64,000 bases of DNA from Verrucomicrobiota bacterium (GCA_027622665.1 JAQBYT010000001.1:160001-224000); one strand, 5' to 3'; shown: positions 41,429 to 51,184, numbered from the stretch's first letter. The notes: generated from the sequence alone by a model not told the origin. Numbers and translations are program-made.

Positions 41429-42132
41429 ACACATTAGCTGTCCTAGAAGGTCTGCAACCGCATTTCCTTGCTGCATTTACCAATGGTTGGCCCGACAAGT
41501 TGATTTTGTTCTTCGGACTGGTCGCCAGTCTTAGCGTCCATGAATGGGCACACGCAATAACTGCCGACAAACTAGGTGACCCACTGCCTCGTGCCGAAGG
41601 TCGGGTAACGCTTAACCCACTGGCCCACATCGACCCCATAGGCACCGTCCTCATACCTCTCACAGTTCTCTTTTTCAGTCCTGGATTCTCCGTATTCGGC
41701 TGGGGAAAACCAGTTAGAGTTTCATTGCCAAATGAGAAAACTCGAGTTCGAGACGACCTGTTAATTACCGCCGCAGGGCCATTTTCCAACCTCTGTATCG
41801 CCTTGCTGACAGCATGCATTGCCGGACTATTTATCGATCTCGACGATGGAAATGCGCAGATCGGCAAACTTGCGGAGACGATTATTACGCTAAACTGTTT
41901 GCTATTTGTCTTCAACCTCATACCCGTCCCACCATTGGATGGTTCCCATTTTCTCAAACATGCAGTGCGAATGAAGGACGAAACATATGCCAAGCTTAGC
42001 TCCTATGGTTTTTTGATTCTCCTCGTACTGATAAATCTACCGGCGTTCCGACAAACATTTGGCACGGCGATTTTCTTTTGCTCAGGTTTTTTTATAGATT
42101 TGCAAGCGTCTATTAGAGAATTAGTTGCCTAG
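41425..42132 (+). CDS. Site-2 protease family (peptidase M50) membrane metalloprotease
   Basis: HEWAH zinc motif, TLNPLAHIDPIG, AGPFSN, FNLIPVPPLDG. Confidence 0.93.
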   Translation: MNTLAVLEGLQPHFLAAFTNGWPDKLILFFGLVASLSVHEWAHAITADKLGDPLPRAEGRVTLNPLAHIDPIGTVLIPLTVLFFSPGFSVFGWGKPVRVSLPNEKTRVRDDLLITAAGPFSNLCIALLTACIAGLFIDLDDGNAQIGKLAETIITLNCLLFVFNLIPVPPLDGSHFLKHAVRMKDETYAKLSSYGFLILLVLINLPAFRQTFGTAIFFCSGFFIDLQASIRELVA

Positions 42133-42182
42133 GTTGACGTTGGCGATTGAGTCTTCTGTGAAAATCACTATTAAACAAGGCC

Positions 42183-43118
42183 ATGCGACCAATCGGTGAA
42201 TTTGATAACGAAGAAAGGGCTTCCACCTTTTCAGGATATCTTAACTACAAGGGAATCTCTTGTGAAGTTGAGGAAGATGACGAGGGAAAGTCATGGACCG
42301 TATGGGCTCATAACGAAGAAACCCTCGCCAAGGCGATTGCCGAGATACATGAATTTCGCCAAAAGCCGGACGCCTCCAAATACGCGGAACTTGCTCGCGA
42401 AGCTCAAAAACAAGAAAAGAAAGAACGCAAAATTGAGGAAAACAAAGCCAGTCGTTGGCGGCAAGAAACCTTGAGAAACCGTTGGCAGGATAGAAACAGA
42501 AGACCTGGAATCATGACTATGGCACTCATCATCACTTGTGCCGCCACATTTTTCGTTTCCAAGATGGGAGAAAATACGGAATCGGTAGGAGCTTTTTATA
42601 TTTCAGAATACGTTCACCTCGGAGCCAAAGATGCCCCTGTATATCTTGCTGCAACGCAGACCGTCCTTCCCGAGGTAATGGAGGGTCAAGTTTGGCGAGT
42701 AATAACACCAATCTTCCTTCATTTCGGGTTCCTTCACATTCTATTCAACATGTTTTGGCTTCACGACTTAGGTAGCCTTATCGAAAACCGACGGGGTACG
42801 GGGTACTTTGTCGCTTTTATTCTATTGGCAGCAATTATATCCAACATTGCTCAGTATTGTGTATCCGGGCCGAGTTTTGGGGGAATGTCGGGAGTGGTAT
42901 ACGGTCTGTTCGGTTATGTTTGGATGAAGGGAAAATTCGACCCTGGAGATGGAATTGAAATGAATCCGTCCACGGTCACTATCATGCTTGCTTGGTTCGC
43001 TCTCTGTTTTACTGGAGTTTTTGGACATGTAGCCAACTGGGCACACGCTGGAGGATTAGCCGTAGGCACGCTATGGGGTTATGCTTCCGCTATGCGATGG
43101 ACGGGCAAAAGAGGTTAG
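42183..43118 (+). CDS. glpG: Rhomboid intramembrane serine protease with GlpG-type N-terminal domain
   Basis: WRVITPIFLHFGFLHILFN, FGGMSGVVYGL, ANWAHAGGL. Confidence 0.9.
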   Translation: MRPIGEFDNEERASTFSGYLNYKGISCEVEEDDEGKSWTVWAHNEETLAKAIAEIHEFRQKPDASKYAELAREAQKQEKKERKIEENKASRWRQETLRNRWQDRNRRPGIMTMALIITCAATFFVSKMGENTESVGAFYISEYVHLGAKDAPVYLAATQTVLPEVMEGQVWRVITPIFLHFGFLHILFNMFWLHDLGSLIENRRGTGYFVAFILLAAIISNIAQYCVSGPSFGGMSGVVYGLFGYVWMKGKFDPGDGIEMNPSTVTIMLAWFALCFTGVFGHVANWAHAGGLAVGTLWGYASAMRWTGKRG

Positions 43119-43155
43119 GAGAAAGGTTATTCCTTCTCTTTGGCCTTTTCGGAAT

Positions 43156-43725
43156 TCAGCTACCCGGCTTTATTGGGGGAATAGCTTCTAGTTCAGGGGG
43201 AAGGGAGTCCGGTTCGTAGGTAGGAAAGCTCATCTCTACGAGAGGGATAAAGGGAACGCCAAAGTCAGCCTTGCCTTCGCTTCGGTCAACCAGTACCGCG
43301 ACGGCACTCACTTTACAACCGATGCCCTGAACGATATCGAGAGCTTCACGTACTCGTCCGCCACGAGTTACAACATCTTCAACGATTAATACGCGCTCGC
43401 TCTCATCTAGTTTAAAATTTCGGCGGAGGGCTAGTTTGTCGTCCACCTTTTCGAGGAACAGGTAGCGTTTTCCCATCCGTCTGGCAATTTCCTGACCGAG
43501 AACGAGACCGCCCATGGCAGGCGCCACCACAACGTCGATCTCAAGATGCCCCATTTGAGCGATAAGCATCTCGCTGAGTCTGCTTACCTTGTCGAGATAC
43601 TGACATACCTGTGCGCATTGAAAAAAATGGCCGCTACGCAAACCTGAGCGTAGAGTGAAATGACCAGTCAATAGGGCACCGGTTTCCTTGAAAATCGATA
43701 GAGCTTCCTCTTGCGAGTTTTGCAT
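43156..43725 (-). CDS. pyrE: Orotate phosphoribosyltransferase
   Basis: GALLTGHFTLRSG, APAMGG, VLIVEDVVTRGG, LVDRS, KPGS end; ATG 43725 preferred. Confidence 0.93.
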   Translation of the reverse strand: MQNSQEEALSIFKETGALLTGHFTLRSGLRSGHFFQCAQVCQYLDKVSRLSEMLIAQMGHLEIDVVVAPAMGGLVLGQEIARRMGKRYLFLEKVDDKLALRRNFKLDESERVLIVEDVVTRGGRVREALDIVQGIGCKVSAVAVLVDRSEGKADFGVPFIPLVEMSFPTYEPDSLPPELEAIPPIKPGS

Positions 43726-43762
43726 GCATGGGAAGGTTTCAAGCCCTTCCCAAAAAGCAAAC

Positions 43763-44485
43763 TTATTCGCTACCGACCGCCACCTCGAGGCGAAAGAAGT
43801 TCCATGTTGAATAAGTACCAACCTCGGCACGAAAGGATTGGTCGTAAGCACTCAGGAGCTTACGCAGATGCTTGGAGTCGAGGCGGGGCATGCCGGTGGC
43901 GCCGATCGCTCGTAAATCCCTCAGCAGGTCAACAGCATCCTCGTGAAAGAACTTCCTAAGACTTTCCTCCGCTCGCAGTATTTCAAAACCGGCACGCTCA
44001 AAGGCATGGTTCCATTCTCGGGCATCCAGCCAAGACAGGGAAGTGATGCCCGGATGCAGTGATTCGAGTTCGCATAAGGTGCCTTTGATGAAGAAAAGGC
44101 AAAGAACACGTCCATTCGGGGTGAGCAATTCACGCCAGCGCTCCAATGACTCTTTTGGGTTCCGGCACCACTGAAGGAGGCTGGCCGAATATAGTCGGTC
44201 CACGCGGAAACTAGCTTCGGGAGACCAAGCATCGAGTTTCTCCCAGCGACACGCCGGCACGCGTTGTTGGCCTTCCGCCAGCATCGCAGGAGACAAGTCG
44301 GTAGCCGTAAGATCGACCCCGGTATTCGTGATAAACTGAGTAAAGAGACCGGTCCCTGCACCAAATTCAATAGCCGTCTTGCCCGAAAGGTTTAATTCCA
44401 ACCACTCGGATCCCCAATCCGCAAGTTCCGCCTGAATCTTTGCAGCGGCTTCATAACTGCCCGCGCGCTTATCAAAGTTAGACAT
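43763..44485 (-). CDS. bioC: Malonyl-ACP O-methyltransferase
   Basis: FDKRAGSYEAAAKIQ, EFGAGTG, LQW, GTLCEL, LRAIGAT; bio operon context. An alternative start at 44515 is possible. Confidence 0.85.
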   Translation of the reverse strand: MSNFDKRAGSYEAAAKIQAELADWGSEWLELNLSGKTAIEFGAGTGLFTQFITNTGVDLTATDLSPAMLAEGQQRVPACRWEKLDAWSPEASFRVDRLYSASLLQWCRNPKESLERWRELLTPNGRVLCLFFIKGTLCELESLHPGITSLSWLDAREWNHAFERAGFEILRAEESLRKFFHEDAVDLLRDLRAIGATGMPRLDSKHLRKLLSAYDQSFRAEVGTYSTWNFFRLEVAVGSE

Positions 44486-45086
44486 AGGTTTCTTTGTCGA
44501 AACGTAATTCTTCAAGCAAGTCCTCGAATCGATGACCAGCCTCCGGTAAAACTTTAGCCGCTGGAAAGAATTTCAGTAGACGGCTGGCGTCTAGAATGGG
44601 ATCTTGGCCCCCGAGGAGGACTTCATGATGTCGGCTCGATATTGTTTCTGGATTCACGGCTTTCTCCAAAAGCAAATCCAGCCCCCAAGCTAAATCCTCA
44701 ACAGGGTAGGGGAGACTCTTAGCATTCATCCCGAGATCGGCTCGACCGTAGAAGTCGTTTACCGTTGTAAGCGCATCCGTTCTCAATCCTCGCGCAGTAA
44801 CTTTCAATTGTGTCTTGCTCACCTTTCCACCACGATCAGCCTCGCGGGGAAACTCGACAAAAGGAGAAAGCAGCACGAACCCTCGCTTGGCAGTAAAACG
44901 GTCTGGCCAAAGGAGTATAAGAAACGCTCCCAATGAATGACCGACCAACCAATCAAAATCCTCCACCATTGGTATTTCCGCCGTTGGAGCGACTACACTA
45001 TGCTCCATCTGGGGAAAATGTTTCAATGCCTGAGCGCGCACGAACTCTGGTGAAATCGCCCAACCTCCTATCCATAAAACTTTCAA
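44478..45086 (-). CDS. Compact alpha/beta-hydrolase, probable pimeloyl-ACP methyl ester esterase (BioH functional analogue)
   Basis: GGWA oxyanion motif, GHSLG nucleophile, DPIL, AGH; located between bioF and bioC. Confidence 0.7.
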   Translation of the reverse strand: MKVLWIGGWAISPEFVRAQALKHFPQMEHSVVAPTAEIPMVEDFDWLVGHSLGAFLILLWPDRFTAKRGFVLLSPFVEFPREADRGGKVSKTQLKVTARGLRTDALTTVNDFYGRADLGMNAKSLPYPVEDLAWGLDLLLEKAVNPETISSRHHEVLLGGQDPILDASRLLKFFPAAKVLPEAGHRFEDLLEELRFDKETYV

Positions 45087-46222
45087 TTTATTGCTCGGGC
45101 CAATCGTTCCGCAAGTCCATCGATGGGAAGTCCCGCTTGGTATGACATGCGCAGTCGCGCAGCGCCAACAGGCACGGTTGGAGGGCGAATGGCGACCACC
45201 TTCAGATGATCGCGTTCTAGATTCTCGGCCGCTCGCATAGCGAGATCGGCTGCGCCGACAAGAATGGGAATTACCGGAGAATCTCCCATAATGGTCTGGA
45301 GACCTTGGGTCTCTAACTCTTGCCTAAAAGCAGATGCCGATGCCCGCCAAACAGGCCGATCACACTCAAGGCGTTCTGCTATCTCAACGGCCTTGGAAGC
45401 GGCGGCGGCGTTTGCGGGAGCAAGAAATGTCGAATAGATGTATTCAGCCGCGAAATTCTCAACAAGCCGTTTTACGGAAGTATTGCGAAATATTGTAAAA
45501 GCACCCTGAGACCCAAGTGCCTTTCCGAGTGTGCCTACGAGAACATCGACATGCTCAAGAACGCCTGCGTGCTCTGCCAGACCTGCACCTTTGGGACCAT
45601 ACCAACCGAGAGCATGGGCCTCGTCGAGAATCAAGACAAAGCCATGTTTTTCTCGGAGATTGGCCAAAAAAACCAAGTCGGGACAATCGCCATCCATTCC
45701 GAAAACGGTCTCGGTCGCTACGAACATTGGTCGGCCGGTAGTATTTTTACGCAATAGGACTTCGAGCCCTACAAGATCAAGGTGTCGGTAGCGACTGAAG
45801 CGAGCCCCAGACGAAAGAATCCCGGCAAGCATGCTCTGGTGAACAAGACGGTCTGCAAATACATGGTCTCCCTTTTGAGGAAGCAGGCCCAGCAAAGCGC
45901 GATTCGCGGCATAACCGGAATTCCATAGCATCACTTCATCGGCCGATACGGAATACCATGCGGCAATCCGATTTACCAATTCTTCGTGCGGTGGGCGAAA
46001 TCCAGTTACCAAAGGAGCGGCCGAGGCCGAACAACCGAAGCGACCAATCGCTTCTCGAGCTGCAGCCTTTACCTCCGGGTGAGTGGCAAGGCCAAGATAG
46101 TCATTGGCCGCAAGATTAAGGATGTCTCCATCGTTTCCCCAAGCACGAGTAATCCGAGTGAGCCCGGCCTCCTCTCGTTCCCTAAGCGCCTCCTCGCTGC
46201 GCCGATGGAGAAAGTCCTTCAT
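45083..46222 (-). CDS. bioF: 8-amino-7-oxononanoate synthase
   Basis: NDYLGLA, SGYAAN, DRLVHQS, ETVFGMDGD, DEAHA, TLGKALG, AIRPPTVP; ATGA overlap with the bioD stop. Confidence 0.92.
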   Translation of the reverse strand: MKDFLHRRSEEALREREEAGLTRITRAWGNDGDILNLAANDYLGLATHPEVKAAAREAIGRFGCSASAAPLVTGFRPPHEELVNRIAAWYSVSADEVMLWNSGYAANRALLGLLPQKGDHVFADRLVHQSMLAGILSSGARFSRYRHLDLVGLEVLLRKNTTGRPMFVATETVFGMDGDCPDLVFLANLREKHGFVLILDEAHALGWYGPKGAGLAEHAGVLEHVDVLVGTLGKALGSQGAFTIFRNTSVKRLVENFAAEYIYSTFLAPANAAAASKAVEIAERLECDRPVWRASASAFRQELETQGLQTIMGDSPVIPILVGAADLAMRAAENLERDHLKVVAIRPPTVPVGAARLRMSYQAGLPIDGLAERLARAIN

Positions 46223-46857
46223 GCTTGCTCCCACGGAAAGCTGGCCTCGACGGAATCAAGATCTCCGTGCCTTTGCGTCGCCCAAATGGGTAAGATTTCG
46301 CGAGAGAGTCCTTGTTCGTTCGCGAAACGAGTTATCGCATCCAGCGAACGAGCTTCGTTCAACCATAGCCCGCAAGGGATGGCGCAGTCCCCGAGGTGGG
46401 AAGCCAAAAGGCGAGTTTGGTTTAGTACACCTAAACGATTTTCGACCACGAGGATTAAATAATCAACGGGTAGTTTCTTGGCGAAATCAAGCCAATCGAG
46501 CCCTTTCTCGTCGATGGGAGTGGCAAGTCCTCCCGCACCCTCAATCACTAGATTTTCACTTTGTTCGGAACAAGATCGAGTGCTTGAAACAAGTTCCGAA
46601 AAATCCAATTCCTTGCCATCCATCTTGGCCGCTTCGACTGGCGCCAAGGGTTGGCGAAAGTTAAGTAGAGTGTGAACCTCAAGACTTTCACTCCGGGCAT
46701 TGACGTAAGTGGCGTCAAGAGGTTCAGCCGAACCAGTTTCAATTGGTTTGACATAACATGTAGAGCCTACGGACGAAAGGCGGTGGGCAAGAAAGCCGGA
46801 AGCTACAGTCTTGCCGACACCAGTGTCGTTTCCTGAAACGAGAATGGCGAGAGACAC
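46219..46857 (-). CDS. bioD: Dethiobiotin synthase
   Basis: SGNDTGVGKT, KPIETG, PLAP, IEGAGG, LGVLN. Confidence 0.93.
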   Translation of the reverse strand: MSLAILVSGNDTGVGKTVASGFLAHRLSSVGSTCYVKPIETGSAEPLDATYVNARSESLEVHTLLNFRQPLAPVEAAKMDGKELDFSELVSSTRSCSEQSENLVIEGAGGLATPIDEKGLDWLDFAKKLPVDYLILVVENRLGVLNQTRLLASHLGDCAIPCGLWLNEARSLDAITRFANEQGLSREILPIWATQRHGDLDSVEASFPWEQA

Positions 46858-46865
46858 AGTATTTG

Positions 46866-47864
46866 TCAGCCCACCAAAGTTGCCGGGGTAGTTGCCTCTC
46901 GACCCTGAGCGGCTCGAGCTTCGTCTGGATGAATGTTCCGAAGACCGAGTTTTTCAAGTAGAAGAGAATCCTCGTCTTGGCCGGGATTGGGAGTGGTTAG
47001 AAGTTTGTCGCCTAAGAAAATGCTGTTGGCACCTGCGAGGAATGAAAGGGTTTGTAATTCTTCGCTCATTTCGGTTCGTCCTGCCGAGAGACGCACCATT
47101 GCTCGGGGCATAAGGATTCTTGCCGTGGCAATCACACGAACAAAGGCGATCCCGTCGACCTGCTCTTGGTCTCCCAGGGGAGTACCCTCCACGGGAACCA
47201 AAGAATTAATTGGCACGGACTCGGGCTGAGGGTCAAGATTCGCCAATTCAGCTAAAAGCCCAAGGCGGTCTTCCTTACTCTCTCCCATACCAAGGATGCC
47301 TCCGCAACACACTTCCATGCCCGCCTTTCTAACATTGGCTAAGGTCTCGAGACGATTATCGTAAGACCGAGTGGTGATAATCTCTTGATAAAACTCCCTA
47401 GATGTATCGAGGTTGTGGTTGTAGACGGAACAGCCCGCCTCCTTGAGACGAACAGCTTGCTCCTCTTCCATCATTCCAAGAGTACAGCATACCTCCATTC
47501 CAATATCTCTAACGGCTGTAACCGTCTGCAACACGGATTCGTACTGCGGCCCATCCGGAACCTTGCGCCAAGCCGCTCCCATACAGAAACGAGTGGCGCC
47601 GGCTTCATGAGCCGCTCGAGCGTCACTAAGTATAGAGGCCGTATCTAGAAGTGTCTCGGATTCAACGAACGTATTGTAATGGGCGGACTGAGGACAATAT
47701 TTGCAATCCTCGGGGCAAGCTCCGGTCTTGATGGACTTGAGGGCACAGGACTGTACGCCCGAAGGGTCTTGATGCCGATGGTGAGCTTCCTGCGCTCGAT
47801 AAATAAGCGTAGTAATCGGGAGATCGTAAATGGAACGAATTTCTTCAATGGTATAGCGAGTCAT
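46866..47864 (-). CDS. bioB: Biotin synthase
   Basis: KTGACPEDCKYCPQS, YNHNLDTS, ESVPIN, RLSAGR, GANSIF.GDKLLT; ATG 47864 preferred. Confidence 0.97.
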   Translation of the reverse strand: MTRYTIEEIRSIYDLPITTLIYRAQEAHHRHQDPSGVQSCALKSIKTGACPEDCKYCPQSAHYNTFVESETLLDTASILSDARAAHEAGATRFCMGAAWRKVPDGPQYESVLQTVTAVRDIGMEVCCTLGMMEEEQAVRLKEAGCSVYNHNLDTSREFYQEIITTRSYDNRLETLANVRKAGMEVCCGGILGMGESKEDRLGLLAELANLDPQPESVPINSLVPVEGTPLGDQEQVDGIAFVRVIATARILMPRAMVRLSAGRTEMSEELQTLSFLAGANSIFLGDKLLTTPNPGQDEDSLLLEKLGLRNIHPDEARAAQGREATTPATLVG

Positions 47865-47908
47865 AGGATTTTCTTGGTGAAGGGTGCAGGTTTTAAGGTA
47901 AATTAGCT

Positions 47909-49294
47909 TCAGTATGAAGTCGCCTCGATTGCTTCTAGGGCAGTAGAGCAAAGAAAAGAAATCTCTTCGTCGGAAATGACGACCGGAGGAACGAGGGGCA
48001 AAGAATTTCCAAGCGGGCGGAGCAAAAGACCTCGTTCACGAGCTTCGAAACACACATCCCTCGCAAAGCGACTTTCAAGAGAAAAGGATGCTCCGGATTC
48101 GAGACAAAGATCCAAGCACGCCGTCAAACCCCGTTGCCGAATTCGACGAATGCGAGGATGGTCCGAGAAAGTTTCACTTACGACTCGACCAAAAACTTCT
48201 ACGGTTCTCGCAACCGCTCCGGAGCTGATTCGATCTTCCAAAAGCTCGCAACTGCGCAGTGCAACAGCTGCACCCAATGGGTTCGCCGTATAGGTGTGGC
48301 CATGATAGAAGGTCTTGTGCTCATGAAAAGGACCGGTAAAGGAGTCAAACACTTCGTTGGTAGTCAAAGTGGCGGCCAAAGGAAGGTAACCTCCCGTGAG
48401 ACCTTTTGCGAGACAGAGAAAATCGGGTTGAACCCCTTCCGATGCACAAACATAAGTTGATCCAAGGCGCCCAAATGCGACAAAGACCTCGTCTAGGATC
48501 AAGTGTGCACCAGCTTCACGGCAGAGGGCTTCAACCTTCCCAGCAAAACCCGGTGGTTGCTGCATCATGCCGGCCGCCCCTTGTACCGAGGGCTCTAGAA
48601 CAAGAGCGGCCACCCGGCCTTTTTCCTCTTGAAGAATCCGAGTCAGAGAATCGAGGCTCTCGGTATCGGTCGCATGCAGCACTTCCCCGCCACACTCTAA
48701 GCAGACGGGGGCCTTGAATCGACGGACGGGAAAAGACCAGCGCCGCCACGGTTCGGTGAAAGGTCCGTCCGCTCCTAGGGCCATTGTTCCGAAGGTATCC
48801 CCGTGATAACCCCCTTCCATAACAAGAATGACAGACCGCTCGGATTGACCCATCAATTGCCAATGCCGAAGCGATTGCTTTAACGCCACCTCGACCGAAG
48901 TCGAGCCATTGTCCGAATAGAAGACTTTTTTCAAGCCTGAGGGTGAAGACTCCACAAGCCGTTTGCTCAATAGAGTAGCAGGGTCATGGGCAAGCCCAAG
49001 GTAGGTGGAATGGGCAACACGATCAAGTTGCTCGACAATGGCTTCGTTCAAGGCGGGCTCCCCATGTCCATGGACATTGGTCCAAGTAGATGCATTACCA
49101 TCAAGATAGCGATTGCCTTCCCGATCAAACAGCCAACAGCCCTTACCTCGCGCGATGCTCAAGGGCGGCAAGACTTCCCGCTCCATGGCCTGGGCAAAGG
49201 GGTGCCATACATGCTCGCGATCCAATGCATCCCTTTCGGCACTCTCGGCAGAATCTCCCAAGGGTATCTGAAGTTCTGTTAAGGGAGGAATCAT
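47909..49294 (-). CDS. bioA: Adenosylmethionine-8-amino-7-oxononanoate aminotransferase
   Basis: VWHPFAQ, SDNGSTSVEVALK, YHGDTFG, DEV, AKGLTGGYLPLA, HGHTYTANPLG, RPLGN. Confidence 0.95.
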   Translation of the reverse strand: MIPPLTELQIPLGDSAESAERDALDREHVWHPFAQAMEREVLPPLSIARGKGCWLFDREGNRYLDGNASTWTNVHGHGEPALNEAIVEQLDRVAHSTYLGLAHDPATLLSKRLVESSPSGLKKVFYSDNGSTSVEVALKQSLRHWQLMGQSERSVILVMEGGYHGDTFGTMALGADGPFTEPWRRWSFPVRRFKAPVCLECGGEVLHATDTESLDSLTRILQEEKGRVAALVLEPSVQGAAGMMQQPPGFAGKVEALCREAGAHLILDEVFVAFGRLGSTYVCASEGVQPDFLCLAKGLTGGYLPLAATLTTNEVFDSFTGPFHEHKTFYHGHTYTANPLGAAVALRSCELLEDRISSGAVARTVEVFGRVVSETFSDHPRIRRIRQRGLTACLDLCLESGASFSLESRFARDVCFEARERGLLLRPLGNSLPLVPPVVISDEEISFLCSTALEAIEATSY

Positions 49295-49322
49295 TTTCCC
49301 TTAACTTAACTAAATGTTGATG

Positions 49323-49358
49323 AAATGTTAAGCTAGAAGAATAAAACCTTTAACATAA
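49323..49358. promoter_or_regulatory. BirA-type biotin operator upstream of bioA
   Basis: aaaTGTTAAg-N16-tTTAACAtaa, close to the wwwTGTtAAC-N14-16-GTTaACAwww consensus; lies about 30-65 bp before the bioA start. Confidence 0.6.
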
Positions 49359-49588
49359 GTGTCGATTGACCACTAAGCCCGGTCGGCAAAGTCGCGAAAA
49401 CCGTAATTCTCGTCTAGCTTACTTCTGTAAGCCGTCGAACTTAGCGAGAAACTTTTGAGGCTCTTTCTCTAACTTGGTTTTGCCGTTTTCCGCAACAGAA
49501 GGCGACTAACTGGCCCTTAAAAACAAATACCAGGGCATTTGTTGTTTACGGGATTGCAGGCTTTAACTTGCTTGTCGTCTTTCTTGCC

Positions 49589-51025
49589 CTACTTCTCGGC
49601 CGATGTTGGTTCAGCTTCCCACCCAAGGTTAATGACAGGGCCCGCGTTGCGGAGCTTGACAAGTACCGTCCGCAGGGTGTCTTGCTTTTCTTCAACGCCA
49701 ACATCTAGGTCGTCCTTAACGCCATCCAGTGTTTCCTTTGCCTTTGTATAAGCGTCTGAGGGCTTGAAGTCCTTTAGCTTGGCACGGAAAGCACTGGGGT
49801 CCTTATCGAATTTCCCTTTGCAATTGTCGCAGCAGAATCCTACCGTTTGGCCCTCTAGAACCGACTTTTTCGCCTTGTCCACATCCTTGCCGATTACAGG
49901 ACACTTTGCATTTACCGGTTCCCCTGAAACCGCTGAAGAAGCTGTCTTATTCAGTGCCTCCTCATGCTTGGCCACTTCCTTTTCCTTGCTTGTACGGAAT
50001 TGATCGACTTCAACTTTGAGCCGCTTTCTGTCAGCTTCCAGTTTCGCCAGTTCTTTGGCATCGACAAAGGCACTTCGAAGATCAGCAGCCCCGGCTTTGG
50101 TGACTTCGGTTTGCCAGAGAAATACCTTCTTGAGCTTCTTAAGCTTCTTGAGATGAGCAATCCCTTTGTCGGAAACCTTCGTGCCATAGAGGTTCAAATA
50201 TTCAAGATTCGCTAACTTTGCCACATGAGCCAAACCGTCATCGGAGACGGAGGTGTTCTCAAGATGAAGTCGAGTAACCTGAGTGCACTTGGCAACCTCG
50301 GCAAGACCGGCATTGGTCACTTTCGTTCGAGCGAGGTTGAGCCAAAAGAGTTGGGGCGATACACCGCCAAGCTTCTTGGCCTGCTCATCACCAAACTGCT
50401 CGCCGACATAAGATGCGTTCACATATAAGGCATTTGTATCTTGGGCGACAGGCATAGTGAGAAGGCCCAAGTCTTTCAGGCCGGAAAGGGCCTTGGCATC
50501 AGCAGGCGGCAGCTTAGGTAGTTGGGGTTCCAGGACTGCAGTCGCAGATTCTTTCTTGCGAGGAGGATTCTTGAGGATGGTTTCGGCTGCCTTTCTCGCT
50601 TCCCCCTTGAGGTCGGAAACCTTGGAGTCAAAAGAGGCACCAGCGAGTATCCAAGCCTCGAAGACTTTAAGTTCATCTTTAGTGACGGGGTTGTGAGGTT
50701 CGTCCTTGTCGAAGGGAGGCATCACGTCGTCATCATCCGTCGGGAGGGATATGCGATAATAGAGCTCACTGTCGTCGAGCTTGCCTTTGACGATGATTTT
50801 TGCTCCCGCTCCCTTACCGCCTTTGAGAAGATCTTTCACGGTATGAAGCCGCAACTTGCCTTTATCCTTGGATTGCCCATGGCAATCGTAACACTTCGCG
50901 GCCAAAACGGGACGGATCACATCACCAAAAACTTTGGCCTTGTCAGGATTAGTCTCAGAAAACAAGCGAGATGAGACTGCGACCAGACCCAAGACAGAGA
51001 ATGTGAATGCTGTGATTGTTTTCAT
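49589..51025 (-). CDS. Exported protein: Planctomycete-type cytochrome c domain + leucine-rich repeats + YHS-like domain
   Basis: VIRPVLAAKCYDCHG...MPP...WILAGA; LRRs (LNLARTKVTNAGL, LHLENTSVSDDGL, LNLYGTKVSDKGI); CPVIGK...GFCCDNCKGKF. Confidence 0.85.
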   Translation of the reverse strand: MKTITAFTFSVLGLVAVSSRLFSETNPDKAKVFGDVIRPVLAAKCYDCHGQSKDKGKLRLHTVKDLLKGGKGAGAKIIVKGKLDDSELYYRISLPTDDDDVMPPFDKDEPHNPVTKDELKVFEAWILAGASFDSKVSDLKGEARKAAETILKNPPRKKESATAVLEPQLPKLPPADAKALSGLKDLGLLTMPVAQDTNALYVNASYVGEQFGDEQAKKLGGVSPQLFWLNLARTKVTNAGLAEVAKCTQVTRLHLENTSVSDDGLAHVAKLANLEYLNLYGTKVSDKGIAHLKKLKKLKKVFLWQTEVTKAGAADLRSAFVDAKELAKLEADRKRLKVEVDQFRTSKEKEVAKHEEALNKTASSAVSGEPVNAKCPVIGKDVDKAKKSVLEGQTVGFCCDNCKGKFDKDPSAFRAKLKDFKPSDAYTKAKETLDGVKDDLDVGVEEKQDTLRTVLVKLRNAGPVINLGWEAEPTSAEK

Positions 51026-51184
51026 GTTTATTGAAAATCGAGTTAGGATTTATTAATTGGATATGGGGAAAAACCCGACACTTCATGATTAGGCTTCAGT
51101 TGTAAAGACCTCAATGTTGATTGAGGAGGAAATAATTTTCGCGAAAGCTTGAAGAACAAAAGGGTGTGCATAATAATGTTGGGC

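Noticed and set aside
49384..49440. c-di-GMP-I riboswitch (GGCAAA...GAAA resemblance)
   Set aside because: Lacks the P2 stem around the GAAA tetraloop and the downstream GCAAAG/CTAA elements.
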